Shown in pieces: positions 1 through 12,102 of a DNA stretch of 64,000 bases (position 1 is its first letter; the number at the start of each line of letters is the position of its first letter). The notes beneath the pieces are model-generated. The model was not told where the DNA came from and did no database searches. It saw only the letters and a list, made by a program, of their open reading frames with translations. Both the position numbers and the translations under genes were made by a program. This DNA is from a virus (lineage: Duplodnaviria > Caudoviricetes). Where the stretch lies: the IMG/VR virus record IMGVR_UViG_3300025018_000138, positions 1 to 64,000 of that record. The stretch is one strand, 5' to 3'.

Positions 1-394
1 CGTGCTAACTGTTGTGTATTGATATATTCCAATCTATCGAATACAACAGATTGTCCATTATCATTATGGTTTTCATTAATATCATCAACATCACATTGAT
101 GTTCAATGATATCATGAATATTTCTCGCTAAGAGTCCATAATTACCAGAGCCTTCAATCGCCCAATTAATTATAGTATTTAAAACTGTGTCGTATATTGT
201 CATAATATATAAAAGTTTAATTCATAATGATTATTTTCTGTACCACGATTATACACTTGGATGTGTAAGTATCGTTTAAATCTTGGTTTAGATTCGTGGA
301 TTAATTTTATTGAATGACGAGTAGTCATATCAGATTTTGGTCTACCTTGACCAACAGTTACTTCTCTGAAGTAGCTATCTTCATCTACAGTTAT

Positions 395-423
395 AATATA
401 CACACTTTAAAATCAAATGTCAA
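395..423 (-). promoter_or_regulatory. sigma70-like promoter TTGACA-N17-TATATT
   Basis: Minus strand ttgaca tttgattttaaagtgtg tatatt; same consensus recurs elsewhere in the window. Confidence 0.6.
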
Positions 424-606
424 ATCTTTTTTTTTAATTTAAAAAATTAAATCCAATAACAACTTCTTTTAAGTCTTCTTTATTCTTATACATTAATGAA
501 GTTGTTTCTGTATGACCATAACAAATATATTCTACTTGTTGCCACCAGAAACCATACTCTTGATAAGGTTCACCAATCACATTGGTTACTGTACATTCTA
601 ATAGAT

Positions 607-1254
607 TCATACTCTAAAGTCTACTGTTTTAATTTTAGTTATAATGCGTTTAAATCCTCTAGTCGATAAATCCACCTTTGGTTTCAAGATAAGACCTTCA
701 GACTCAAATTTACCCCATGTAGAAGTCATTCCACCACCAACGAGAAATATAGCATCATGTAATGTACCTTCGAAAACTTGTGGTACTACATCGATATTAA
801 ATTTTTTGGCTATGTTACAAATTGAATCTCTTGTTAACCACCATCCATTAATATTAATATCAAATAAAACAAATTGTTGAGTATCAGAATAAACACCACC
901 TTTTTGAATTCCTTTGCCATATCCTTCACCATACAAACACACCATTGGTTGTTGCCCTTCTTCATTGGGAAGAAATTCCGATTTAAATAAATCTAATAAT
1001 GGTAAGAATTGTTGATTTAAATTATTTAATAATGGCGTTGGAATTTGTGCATTATCAGTTTTACCACCAAAGGTGATAGTATTACCATCGAACATAATAC
1101 GCATATTAGTTCCATCTACCTTTTCTGTTCCAACCCAAATATTATTTTGTAAATATTCAAATTCGGGTTCTGACCAATTTCCAATGATGATTGGATTTTT
1201 TGGTTTGGTCATATCTCTTTTAAAGATTGTATTTATTTTATGATATGTTTTCAT
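607..1254 (-). CDS. RNA ligase, Rnl2 family
   Basis: Motif I EKVDGTN, LYGEGYG, FVLFDI, EGLILK and terminal KIK motifs of ATP-dependent RNA ligases. Confidence 0.8.
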   Translation of the reverse strand: MKTYHKINTIFKRDMTKPKNPIIIGNWSEPEFEYLQNNIWVGTEKVDGTNMRIMFDGNTITFGGKTDNAQIPTPLLNNLNQQFLPLLDLFKSEFLPNEEGQQPMVCLYGEGYGKGIQKGGVYSDTQQFVLFDININGWWLTRDSICNIAKKFNIDVVPQVFEGTLHDAIFLVGGGMTSTWGKFESEGLILKPKVDLSTRGFKRIITKIKTVDFRV

Positions 1255-1263
1255 TTTATCTCC

Positions 1264-2274
1264 TTAATAAGTTTTAAATTTGTGATGAAATGTTTCATAA
1301 AAGTTTTTAATTAAACTAATTATTTTATCTTTCGTTTTATATAATATAAACGTTTTAAATTGTTTATCATTCGAAGAATATGTTTTTTTAAATTCATTAA
1401 TAAACGAACCTAATTCTTTTCCTTGCAATCCTGTTAATATAGAAACAAGTTTGCCATTGAATCTTTCCTTAAACATTTTATCTATTTTTTCATCTACTTT
1501 AATAGATTCAAGTTCACTATATATTTTATTATTGAAGTTATATAAATAATCAAGTAGATTAAAATCTTTAGTTATTTCAAAATAATAAGAATCACCTTGA
1601 AGATTTAATGATTCACAATATTGTAAAAAGTTATTATACATTTTACGTTTAGCATTTCGGGTTCTATTCTCATGATTTAATTCTGATAATAAAAAGAATC
1701 TCGGATTAAAGAAATCTGAACTACAAACAAATTCAAATATATCATTTTCCGTTTTAAACCCATTGAGATATATATTAATTGCATCTAAATTAAAACCTAA
1801 TATTTTTAATATTATAGTCATATCTTTTGATATTAATATATCTCTACTATATTGGTTATTATTATATTTATAATATAATCCTTCGAAACCAAATTTACAA
1901 TTGAATTTGTTTGCGATTCTACCTAAAATATTTCCTAAATCTCCATATTGATAAAAATTAACCGCGGTATGATAATTATCAGTATAATACATAAAATCGA
2001 TATGATAACGACCATCATATAAAATTGATATCGTATTACTATTATGCGAAATGGGACAATCGGGAAATAATAATGAAATCATTTCATATACATTAGTATT
2101 TTTAGGTACATTAATTAATATATCCACATCACCAAATGAATCTTTATCAGTATAAGGAATCAATATATGATACTTATATACCAATGATTCTATACTTTGT
2201 TTAATGTTATATACAACCAAATCAAATTCTTCACGATTTAGTCTTACCGATGCTTCAAATAAGTTTCCACCCAT
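1264..2274 (-). CDS. Nucleotidyltransferase-like protein
   Basis: SFGDVDIL (G-D-x-D) and later HIDF acidic motif typical of the Pol-beta NTase fold. Confidence 0.5.
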   Translation of the reverse strand: MGGNLFEASVRLNREEFDLVVYNIKQSIESLVYKYHILIPYTDKDSFGDVDILINVPKNTNVYEMISLLFPDCPISHNSNTISILYDGRYHIDFMYYTDNYHTAVNFYQYGDLGNILGRIANKFNCKFGFEGLYYKYNNNQYSRDILISKDMTIILKILGFNLDAINIYLNGFKTENDIFEFVCSSDFFNPRFFLLSELNHENRTRNAKRKMYNNFLQYCESLNLQGDSYYFEITKDFNLLDYLYNFNNKIYSELESIKVDEKIDKMFKERFNGKLVSILTGLQGKELGSFINEFKKTYSSNDKQFKTFILYKTKDKIISLIKNFYETFHHKFKTY

Positions 2275-2286
2275 TATTTATTTCCT

Positions 2287-2679
2287 CTATAATTTAATTT
2301 CAAATCTATCTTTTTGTGCTTGTACCATTTCGGGTGAAACACCGTGAACATTTTTACCACCATGTCTATTTTCAACAATGACAGTGAATACTGTATAACC
2401 ATATAGTTTTGCTAATGTAAAATAAGGTTCCATTTCCCATTCTCGTGTAAATGTATTTGCAACTGCAATTTTGGGTTCACCGAACTTCATGTACTTGGTC
2501 GTAAAGTCTTGACAGTATTCATGTGCAAGTTTTAACTTACTTGAGTCAAATTTATATTCAGTACCATCGGTACTTGTAAAGTAATCATCAGCACTGAATA
2601 CATGACATTCTAATGAGTTTGCAAAAGATGTTTTTCCACTTCCTGATGCTCCTCTAATTATATAAAGTATTTTTTCCAT
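2287..2679 (-). CDS. P-loop kinase (AAA_33, polynucleotide-kinase-like)
   Basis: N-terminal RGASGSGKT Walker A, SADDYF, VANTF motifs. Confidence 0.75.
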   Translation of the reverse strand: MEKILYIIRGASGSGKTSFANSLECHVFSADDYFTSTDGTEYKFDSSKLKLAHEYCQDFTTKYMKFGEPKIAVANTFTREWEMEPYFTLAKLYGYTVFTVIVENRHGGKNVHGVSPEMVQAQKDRFEIKL

Positions 2680-3893
2680 ATGTTATTTCATTTTTATTTT
2701 ATTTAAGTTTATCTTCACATGACATATACACACAAAATGTTAGCAATAATTATTCAAACAACTTACGAATATTGCGGAAAAACTTCTTTCTATCATATCT
2801 TTTCCACCACCCCTTTTTGAAGTATGCTTTATTACTTCCACCTCTACCAATAGGTTTTCCACAATCACCTTCTTCGTAATTGTGCCATTTCTCTGTCTTT
2901 GGTCTTGATATTTTCATTCTATTAATGTTTTTTTTTAAATTAAATTTTATTTTTTGCCTAAGTTAAGTATGATATATTTTATATGAACATAATGCTACGT
3001 TTATAACATCAATGTTATCGTCATCCATTAATCCTTTAATGGTTTCAATGTCTATTTCAATTTTTGAATGTCCGTAATATTTACAATTCTCGATTATAAC
3101 TTCTTCTGGTAGTGCATTAGCACACATCTTCTCTGCTACCGATTGACAGATGTCAAACAGTTGTTCTTCGGTATATAATTTCATAATTATTTCTTTTTAT
3201 ATTGTTTAAAACATAAAGGTATAATATCTCTAATTTTTTCATCAGACGTGATGTAGATGTTTTGGTTTTTAGTACCACCACCACCACAATTTTCAGTATA
3301 AAATGGGTCATTCGAAGTAAATCCAATACTTGGTTTATCCGTTGGTAGTATGTATATATTCTTATTCATTTTGATTTTAAATTTTCAATCTTAATACTTC
3401 AATAAAATAAGCATAAAATAGTGAAGAGTCAATTATTTTATTCTAATTTTAAATGATTGTTTAAATAATAAATCGATTAAGGTGAATAATTTTACGGTTT
3501 GTAAATAGGTTAATATGGGTAGTTTAAATATGGGTGCTATATCATTCCACAACCACATGATAGGAAAAGATAATATTATTGCAATTATTATTGCGTTAAT
3601 AAATATTAAAAAGAAATTTTTAGATTCTGTCATAAATTTTTATATTAAAAATTAATTGTTAATATAACATGAATATATGAACAAAATATATTAAAAACAA
3701 GCATTATTTTAAGTATTGTTTAAATATGCAATAGGATAAACAACCCAATTTTTTACCCACGTGGCTTTACCTTCAATATTTTCCTTTGCCCAACTTTTTG
3801 CCTTTTCGTCTGTAAGAAATGCAATTGGAGTTCCATTTTCAGATACAACATCATAAACGGGTTCTACTACTCGTCCCACTTTTATAATATACA

Positions 3894-4403
3894 TTATTTA
3901 ACTCCCAATAAAATTGAATCTAAATGTCTCCACATAGCATGTACACGTTCATCAGATTCAAATGAATTGTACAAATCTTCACGAAATTGCTTATACTCTT
4001 GTACATACATATCGTTAAATTCACCACCAGAACTAACATTAGCAATTCTATCTGCTAATTTTACTATGATTGCTTTTCTATTAGCTTTTATTTTAGGTAT
4101 AGTTTTTAATTTACGTTCTTTTCTATTTTTACCCAATTCATCTGTAACTGCATATACAATATCGGATACTTCTTCACCAAAGTCTTTAACTAGTTCATTA
4201 TATGATGTTGGTGTGTCTTCTATGATATCATGTAAATACCCTGCTGTGATAATAATTTCATCAGATTCATATCCAAAATAATTTAATGTTTGTACTACTT
4301 GTTCCAAATGATAAAAATATGGAAGACCTTTATAGGTTTGATTACCATGTTTTGATATGGCAAAATAGGATGCCTTTTTAAATGGTGTTAATTTTACTTG
4401 CAT
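3894..4403 (-). CDS. HD-domain (p)ppGpp hydrolase-like protein (HD_4/Mesh1-like)
   Basis: HxxQxxxGxPYxxH, YLHDIIEDT and VKLADRIAN motifs. Confidence 0.8.
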   Translation of the reverse strand: MQVKLTPFKKASYFAISKHGNQTYKGLPYFYHLEQVVQTLNYFGYESDEIIITAGYLHDIIEDTPTSYNELVKDFGEEVSDIVYAVTDELGKNRKERKLKTIPKIKANRKAIIVKLADRIANVSSGGEFNDMYVQEYKQFREDLYNSFESDERVHAMWRHLDSILLGVK

Positions 4404-5557
4404 AACATTTTTTTTCTTCTTTTAATTAAATAATCATATAGTTCACTATATCTTTTGTAGGAGTTCAAATCCCCTATTAATTTCGAACCTAATAAAAGTT
4501 CAGCACTTTGTCTTATTAACTCATTATACCAACATTCAGTATATTGTTGCGTCATGGTTAATTTGTTTCCCATAATGTAGCAGGAGTTCTATGTGCATTT
4601 GGATTTTTAACATTACTAAACCCGATGGATTTAATAATATTATCTCTTTTTGCCATTACAAAAATTGCTCCCCAAGCACGTTTATTTGGTGGCTCAGGTA
4701 CAATACCTTCAGATGCTACTCTAACATCTTCTGCCATAAATCGCTTATGATTTTTAATATATTCCAATAAAAATGAATAAGCCGAAGCTCCCCACGATTC
4801 GTTTTTATTTTGTGCATTGTTAAAAGATTCATTAATACCTAAATCTCTTAATTCATTTCCTTTAATTAAATTTAATTGTTCTTGCATTGCGTTATTTTTA
4901 ATTTTAATATTGATTTTAATATAATATAATAAGTTAATATGTATTTTCCAAATTCACCGTTATTATCAAATATGATAACGGTGCATTCTTTAGAATCATT
5001 GTTAAATGAAATAGTATAATCATCGATATCTTTACGTTTATATACTTTGATTATATAAGCTATTATTTGGTCAGATAATATATTTTGTGCTAATCTGCTT
5101 AAAGAATATATTTTTTCGATAAAATCTTTTTCTGATTCAAAATATATCATCTGATGTTTAGCCTGTTCTATTTTGTTTAGCCCACTCTCTTAGTGTATCA
5201 ACGATTACTGCATTATCAGTACACAATTTTCCCTTAATTAAAATATCACCAAATGGTGATATTTTAATCATTTCTTTACCATTACTATTCAAATGAAATG
5301 ATAATGAAAATGGTTCTAATGTGTTATCGTTTGTTATATGTCGTAAATCATATTCCATAGGTTTATCTAATTCGATTTGTTTATCATTCATAATATTAAT
5401 TACTTAAAGGTGCTTTGATTGTTGCTAATGGTGCATAGTTAATTAATTTAAAATTATCAATTGTTAACTGTTAATTTTTTAAATTAACTATATTTAATGG
5501 TAAACCAAATATATCGGGTAATATGAAAGGAATATTGATTGAAAGATTTGAAGAAGA

Positions 5558-6421
5558 CTAAACTGCCATCTTCACTTTTTTAAGTGGTGGTAAAGGGTTA
5601 TACCCAATCAACTCAATGTCTTCAAACTGAATATTCAACAATTCTTCAAACGATAATTTTGATATGTCTTTTTTAAATTTTAAAATTGGTAATGGTGGAA
5701 TTTCTTTAGTTTCCCATCTTTCAATTAATTCATTGGCTACTTCGAGTTGATGATTATATAAATGGGTATCGCCTGATGTAAATACCAAGCTATCTACACC
5801 ATAACCTAAATATTCAGCAAATAATTGTAATACAAATCCGTATCCTGAAATGTTAAATGGTGCGCCATGATAAATATCCCAACTTCTCATATAAACCATT
5901 AATGATAAGTTGTTATTTGCTACATACCATTGCTGAAACATATGACACGGTGGTAAAGCACTTTCATCCAATTGTAACGGATTCCAATGAGTAACTATAT
6001 GCCTACGTGAATCGGGATTGCGCTTTAAATTAAAAAGTAATTCTTTAATTTGGTCATAACCATCTTCTTTAGTTTTCCCACCAAAATTTCTCATTTGCCA
6101 TCCATATCCTTTGCCCATATCACCTTCGGGTAAATAATTCAAACCTCTTTCATCTAAAAATTCTCTTGTAGTATTTCCAACCCAAATATTAATATTTTTA
6201 TCTTCGAGTTTTTTTGTTTGTGTGTCTCCACGTAAGAAAAACATCATTTCTTCAACTGCTATTCTAAATGGTATTTTTCGAACAGTCATCAATGGAAATC
6301 CTACCTGCATATTCCATCTTAATTGCCTACCAAATACTGAAATCGTACCAGTACCTGTTCTATCTGATTTTACAGTTCCATTTTCTAATATATCTTCAAT
6401 TAATTCTTTATAGTTTTTCAT
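5558..6421 (-). CDS. thyA: Thymidylate synthase
   Basis: DRTGTGT, ALPPCH catalytic Cys, RSWD, PFNI, GDTHLY motifs. Confidence 0.97.
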   Translation of the reverse strand: MKNYKELIEDILENGTVKSDRTGTGTISVFGRQLRWNMQVGFPLMTVRKIPFRIAVEEMMFFLRGDTQTKKLEDKNINIWVGNTTREFLDERGLNYLPEGDMGKGYGWQMRNFGGKTKEDGYDQIKELLFNLKRNPDSRRHIVTHWNPLQLDESALPPCHMFQQWYVANNNLSLMVYMRSWDIYHGAPFNISGYGFVLQLFAEYLGYGVDSLVFTSGDTHLYNHQLEVANELIERWETKEIPPLPILKFKKDISKLSFEELLNIQFEDIELIGYNPLPPLKKVKMAV

Positions 6422-6490
6422 AAGTTATGCCTTAAAAAATTTTAATAAAAACTTTATTAATTTATGTTGATTGAGTTTGGGAAGATTTCG

Positions 6491-9400
6491 TTATAGTTTC
6501 CCTATTTGTTTTTTTAAAAGATATTCACCATATTCATTTATGTCTTTTAATATTTGATTGAGATTGTCATCCTTTATAACAACGTTTTGTGCATCAAAAT
6601 CATATCCGATTATTTCGTTGTTTTGGTTATCAATCTTAATTTTATAATATAAAATCATAGACGAAGTTTTATTCTCTACGTCTGTTTTAAGTCTTTTCAA
6701 TTCTTGTTGAATTTTTTCGTATTCTTCAAGAGGTAATGTTACCATTCCTTTACTATCGTTTTTCATAGTTGTTTATTTTCTAAATAATAAGCGATACATC
6801 GTCCAATTTTGAATTTCTTTTGTAAGTCGTTCCGTTCTAATTGAATCTTGTTTTGTTCGTTGGATATTAGAATGATAATATTCAGGTTGTTCACTCGATA
6901 ATCTATATCCAAATAAATAAGGAGTAAATATAATTATTCCTGATACAACAAATACTAATAATATCCATTTTAATAAAAGTTTATTTTTCATTTGTTATCA
7001 TTCATAAAAATCTAATAAAATCACTGTCCCACGTTTTCGGAATTGAAATTTGCCTATCAATATCCCATCTTTTATTAATTCATTTTGCATGCAAGTATCT
7101 AAAAATTTAATACCCGATGTATATGTTCTATGTCTATCTTTATCATACCATTCAAAATTAATAGCACTTCTTCCTGTTGAATAACCAACATATGATAATT
7201 TTGCTTCAAAAGGTATGTTTTGTTCTTGGAACTCTTCTTGTCTACTTGGGTAGGGTTTATGAATTAAATGAGTTATATCATCATAGTTATGATAATATGA
7301 AATAATTAAGTTATCTCTATTGTCTGACATTTTTTTTTTAATTTAATTAATTGTTCTTGTAATTTCTCAATAATTAACGGGATAGATTCTTCATTCAATG
7401 TTAACCACTTGGTAGTGAATCTATCACTTATTATTTTTAATTGTAATTCTTCATCTGAATTAGATGAAGATATAACTTTAGTTAGTTCATCAGTATAATA
7501 TAATTCCATAATAATTTAATTAAAATTCGAATTTATAATATCTAAAATGTTCTTGATATTTTTCCAAGATGGATTGGAGATGTTCCATTCGAATATATGT
7601 CCAAATGAAATAATCAGGTTCATCATTCACAGATGTACGTACAAACCCTTCTATATATCCACTCTCCCATGTATCCCAATCTCTTGTAGGCATAATAGGA
7701 TGATGTACAATTTTAATACCAACGGACATAGAATGGTTATCTACAAACTCCAATGCTTGTTCAAAAAGTTAGTTTACTTTCTTTACGATGAAATGATGTT
7801 AATTCATCTACTCTTGTATAGTCTGTAATATCATGTAAATATTGTAAGAATTCTTTGTAGATGGATGGCTCAACTATATTAGTTTGAACTGAACCATTTT
7901 TCTGAAAGTGGTGAAAATGATTGGTGTATTGAATAAACTTATCAATATTAGTTATTTTATCATTCATATAACATTTTGTTTTAACTGCTGTTGATATTCG
8001 GGATTACTTCTATTTCTTAGTACATTATATTTTTCTACTAAATCTTTAATATAACAACTATTATCAATTAAACTATTCGCTATTAATTTATAATATATTT
8101 TTTCATATATACTATTATCTAATTCGATGATATATGATTTATCATCTTTATCATCTGATATAATTGTAAATGATTCCCCAAAATAATCCAATAACCACTT
8201 GCGTCGTAATAGATTTATTTTATCGGATTCTCCTTTAATCGATGTTACAAGTATTGTCTTACCAATCAAATAATCTTTATTGAAAATCGTATATTCAATA
8301 ACATCAAAACAAATAGAAATATAAAATCTTAAAAAAAATAGTAATAATGCCTAATAATAAAAACAAAAAAGGTGCAATTTCCGTTAATAGAAAATATATA
8401 ATGGATGAACTTAATACAAACAAAATTATAAGAAATATAAAATACCGTGACTTATTGGTTTTACTATATTTTTCAGCATCTTCATACAAATCAAATTTTA
8501 TGTTATTACATTTACTATATCTTTCATATAAGTTTTTTCTAATTCATTATTATAAGATGTATGGCAAATTATTTGTTCTGATATTTTCATATTGTTTAAT
8601 TTATTTATAATGTTATTTTAGTATCCATACTATTGTTTATTTATAATCATTGCAATATCTGTTAAGCTTTCTACAAATATATCATAGTCTACTCTTTTAG
8701 ATGCAATTGATTTAATCGTGTCTATTGGTATGCTTTTTTGAATGTCTTTCAATGCTTCTACGATTTCGTGTACTTTAATTGTAAGAGATTCTTGTTCTGT
8801 GATTGTAATAGAATTATCACTATTTGATGTATTATTTATATTTTGATTAGATGTAAGTTGATGTAGCATAAAATCAAATATCATATAACATACTGCTATG
8901 TCATATTCATCCAAACTACTTATAGTGGTTTTATTACGATTAGCATACCATTGTTTTATATCTATGAGATGAATTGGTTTACACATATTGTAAAAGTTAA
9001 AATGTTAATTGTTTGTTATAATATACAAAATTTAATTTAATAAGGCAACTCTATATAATCATTCATTAGATGGTAAGATGACATTCGATAATATTTATAA
9101 ATTGTGTTACCATTTGTACCTGCACGAGTATATAAATCAAAATATAATACTGCACCAAATACTCTAAAAGTATAAGTACGATGTGGTCTATTACTATTTG
9201 CTGCATCTAATATGTGCATTTCTAAATTCGATATTTTTAAACAATAATTGATACAAGCAAATATTCCTTCTTCGTTTGGTTCGAACCGTGCAATCGGTGA
9301 ATATAATTTTCTACTTTCACTAAAATGGGGGTCAAATTCTTTTTGTCTTAATAGATTTTCATAATCAACATCATAGACCAAGACTTTAGTACCCTCATAA

Positions 9401-10446
9401 TTTGTACAATTATGATATTTGATAATCAACATTGTTATTTTATCAAATGCAAGTATATTTTTTATTGTATATCTATCATATGATATACGTTGAGTTTGAG
9501 TTTGATTATTACATTCATCGGAAGATGATGCACTCAGAATCCTTAATCCCATGTTTCTCCATTATATTATTAGTTATTTGCTCTCACCTTTGTTCAATTA
9601 ATTCATCAATATGATTTAATAATTCTAATTCTTCATTAGTATAAATAGGAATTAGCTGTTGCTTTTCTATATCTAATACCATTTTGTAGTCAATTTTATT
9701 TATGATATCAACTTTGCGACCTATCAATTGATTTATAAATACATCGTCTATTAGTTGCTTATGTAATTCACGAACAAAGGACTCATAGTGTTTTTCTTCT
9801 GTTATACGCATACCATAAATATATATAATTGAATTGCAAAAATCAATTAATATTCGTTATGTTCAAATTGTTTATGTGCATATTCTAAAAATTTATCCCA
9901 CTTGAGTTCAAAGAATGATTTATTAATAAAAGATTTAAATTTATTAAAATCTAAATTGGCATAACCTTCCGAGTCGATGGAATTAGGATTTATTATTTTA
10001 TCTAAATTATTAAATAATATCTCGTAAGTATACTCATTGACTCTATTAGTATTATCATGCATTGCAAATCGAATTTTAAAATCTAAATCAAAATAATCAT
10101 CATACTTTTCTGAATAGAATTCATTGAATACAATATTAAAATATAAATAAAATGATTCAGACTTAGTTGATACATCTGTTTTAACAAAGGATGCCTTTTT
10201 AACATTTGGTAATAATGTAAGCAAAGATAAAATATGTTCAACGTATTGGTTTGATTCCTTTTCGTAGTCAATCGTGTGAATAATAGATGTATTAACTCGC
10301 TTGAATTCTTTATCACCAATCATTTGTTTATTATGATATTCTAATACATGTTTGATTGATTCTGAAATAATACTTTTGAATATAGGCATAACTTTATAAT
10401 TAGTATTGAAAGTATATATAATTATACTTAACTTTAAGTTATGCAA
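6491..10446 (-). other. Run of short tightly packed hypothetical phage ORFs
   Basis: About 13 consecutive or overlapping minus-strand ORFs of 60-200 aa with no recognisable motif. Confidence 0.6.
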
Positions 10447-10881
10447 AAAATATTTGAAATAGATTATGATGGAACAATGGTGATGAATTCTATGATTAAA
10501 GAAATCATCCCAGTACCTTATGCAATAGAAACATTAAAGATGATACAGAATGCAGGTCACATTATACACCTTAATACCTATAGATATGATATCGCTTTAT
10601 TATTTGGTAAATGGGACTCATTTTTAGCATGTACTAATTATATGCATTCAATATTAGGTGAAAACTATTTTATTGATAAACCTTTTAAAATAAAAGAGTT
10701 TGTCGAATATTCATTTAATGAAGCATTATCTTCGAATAAAGATAAAATTTACATCGATGATGATGAAAGTTATGGTTGCCCATTAATAAATATTAAACAT
10801 GATAGTATTCATATAACTCCTATAAATGTAGATTGGATTGAAATACGTAACAAATTATTTGAATATAAATTAATCCATTGA
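10441..10881 (+). CDS. HAD-superfamily hydrolase-like protein
   Basis: IDYDGT motif I, LNTYR motif II, YIDD motif IV. Confidence 0.65.
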   Translation: MQKIFEIDYDGTMVMNSMIKEIIPVPYAIETLKMIQNAGHIIHLNTYRYDIALLFGKWDSFLACTNYMHSILGENYFIDKPFKIKEFVEYSFNEALSSNKDKIYIDDDESYGCPLINIKHDSIHITPINVDWIEIRNKLFEYKLIH

Positions 10882-11291
10882 AATTAACATAGCATTAACA
10901 CCGTGTATAGGATAATCTTTAACAGTCACTCCTTTACGTTGCAATAATAATTTATACATTTTATTTTTTCTATCATTATAAGAACCTATAATAATTTTCC
11001 CATATTCTTTAACCCATTCAACAGCTTTAATTAATATCTGATGACCATCTTCTAATGATACTGCATCAGGAATGATATGTTCCATCTGTTGATTAGAATC
11101 GGTAAAATCTAATCCTTTACGTTGAACACCTATTGAATATGGTGTGACAGGATATATATGACTTTTGATTAATACCAATTGGTATTCGCCAACTTGAAAA
11201 TCTTCAATGATTTCTATACCCATATTTTCTAATTTATCTTTTTGGTCAGGTGATATTTCCTCAAGTAATAATTTTAATAATCCCATTTTAT

Positions 11292-11948
11292 TTATCGATT
11301 ATATTTTTTAATAATTTTTCCAATAGCATCCGCTTCTTTTTTTATCAATTCGGATTCATATTTTGTTAATTCTGATGTATCTTCATTTGTTGAACAAGAC
11401 ATATACCACACCTTTTTACGTTTAGAATCGGTTAAATATAAAACAATTGACAATTTTACACCTTCTTGGTCATAGATAGCTTTTAATAATCCATTTTGTA
11501 TTTTATTTGTATGTACAATAATTTCACCTTTAGTCATTATTTCTACAAGCATATTTACATAATCGGCATCTAATGGTACATCTTGATATTCTTGTTTTAC
11601 ACTTTTAAAAGGTGAATTTAATTTTTCATAAAAAACTGATGTATAAAGTTTAACTCCTGCTTTTATTTCTTGTCCACTATTATGTGATGCAAAAATTAAA
11701 ATACGTTTCATTTGAGTTTTATCTAGTATGTTTTGCATAGAATCATATATTTTAGATATATCTTCGAATGCAGTTCTACTTTTACTAGTATTTATTTTAT
11801 CAATAAGTTCTAGTATTATTTTTGTCAACCCCCCACCACTTAATAATCCTATTAATGCTACAAGAATTGATGTCCAATTTAATGGTGGTGACTGTTGTAA
11901 TGCTGTAGATACAACTGATAATGTATCAGAAATTAAATACAATATCAT
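11292..11948 (-). CDS. Membrane-anchored hypothetical protein
   Basis: Hydrophobic segment WTSILVALIGLLSGGGL followed by a soluble domain. Confidence 0.45.
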   Translation of the reverse strand: MILYLISDTLSVVSTALQQSPPLNWTSILVALIGLLSGGGLTKIILELIDKINTSKSRTAFEDISKIYDSMQNILDKTQMKRILIFASHNSGQEIKAGVKLYTSVFYEKLNSPFKSVKQEYQDVPLDADYVNMLVEIMTKGEIIVHTNKIQNGLLKAIYDQEGVKLSIVLYLTDSKRKKVWYMSCSTNEDTSELTKYESELIKKEADAIGKIIKKYNR

Positions 11949-12015
11949 GTATATATCCTTTCAACTTTGATACAAATATATTTGTTTAAAATATTTTTAC
12001 ACATTTAATTTATTT

Positions 12016-12088
12016 TTTAGTGATAATATGTATAATTATAATGTTTTTCGAATAATATGTTTATAATTATATACATATTATCACTAAA
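12016..12088. repeat. 26-28 bp inverted repeat in a divergent intergenic region
   Basis: tttagtgataatatgtataattataa (12016-12041) vs ttataattatatacatattatcactaaa (12061-12088); one 2-nt indel. Confidence 0.8.
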
Positions 12089-12102
12089 CTTAGGCTATAC
12101 CA

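Noticed and set aside
4455-4500. T-arm-like GGAGTTCAAATCCCC / GGTTCGAAAT
   Set aside because: No other tRNA arms; lies within a plausible 53-aa minus-strand ORF (4394-4555)
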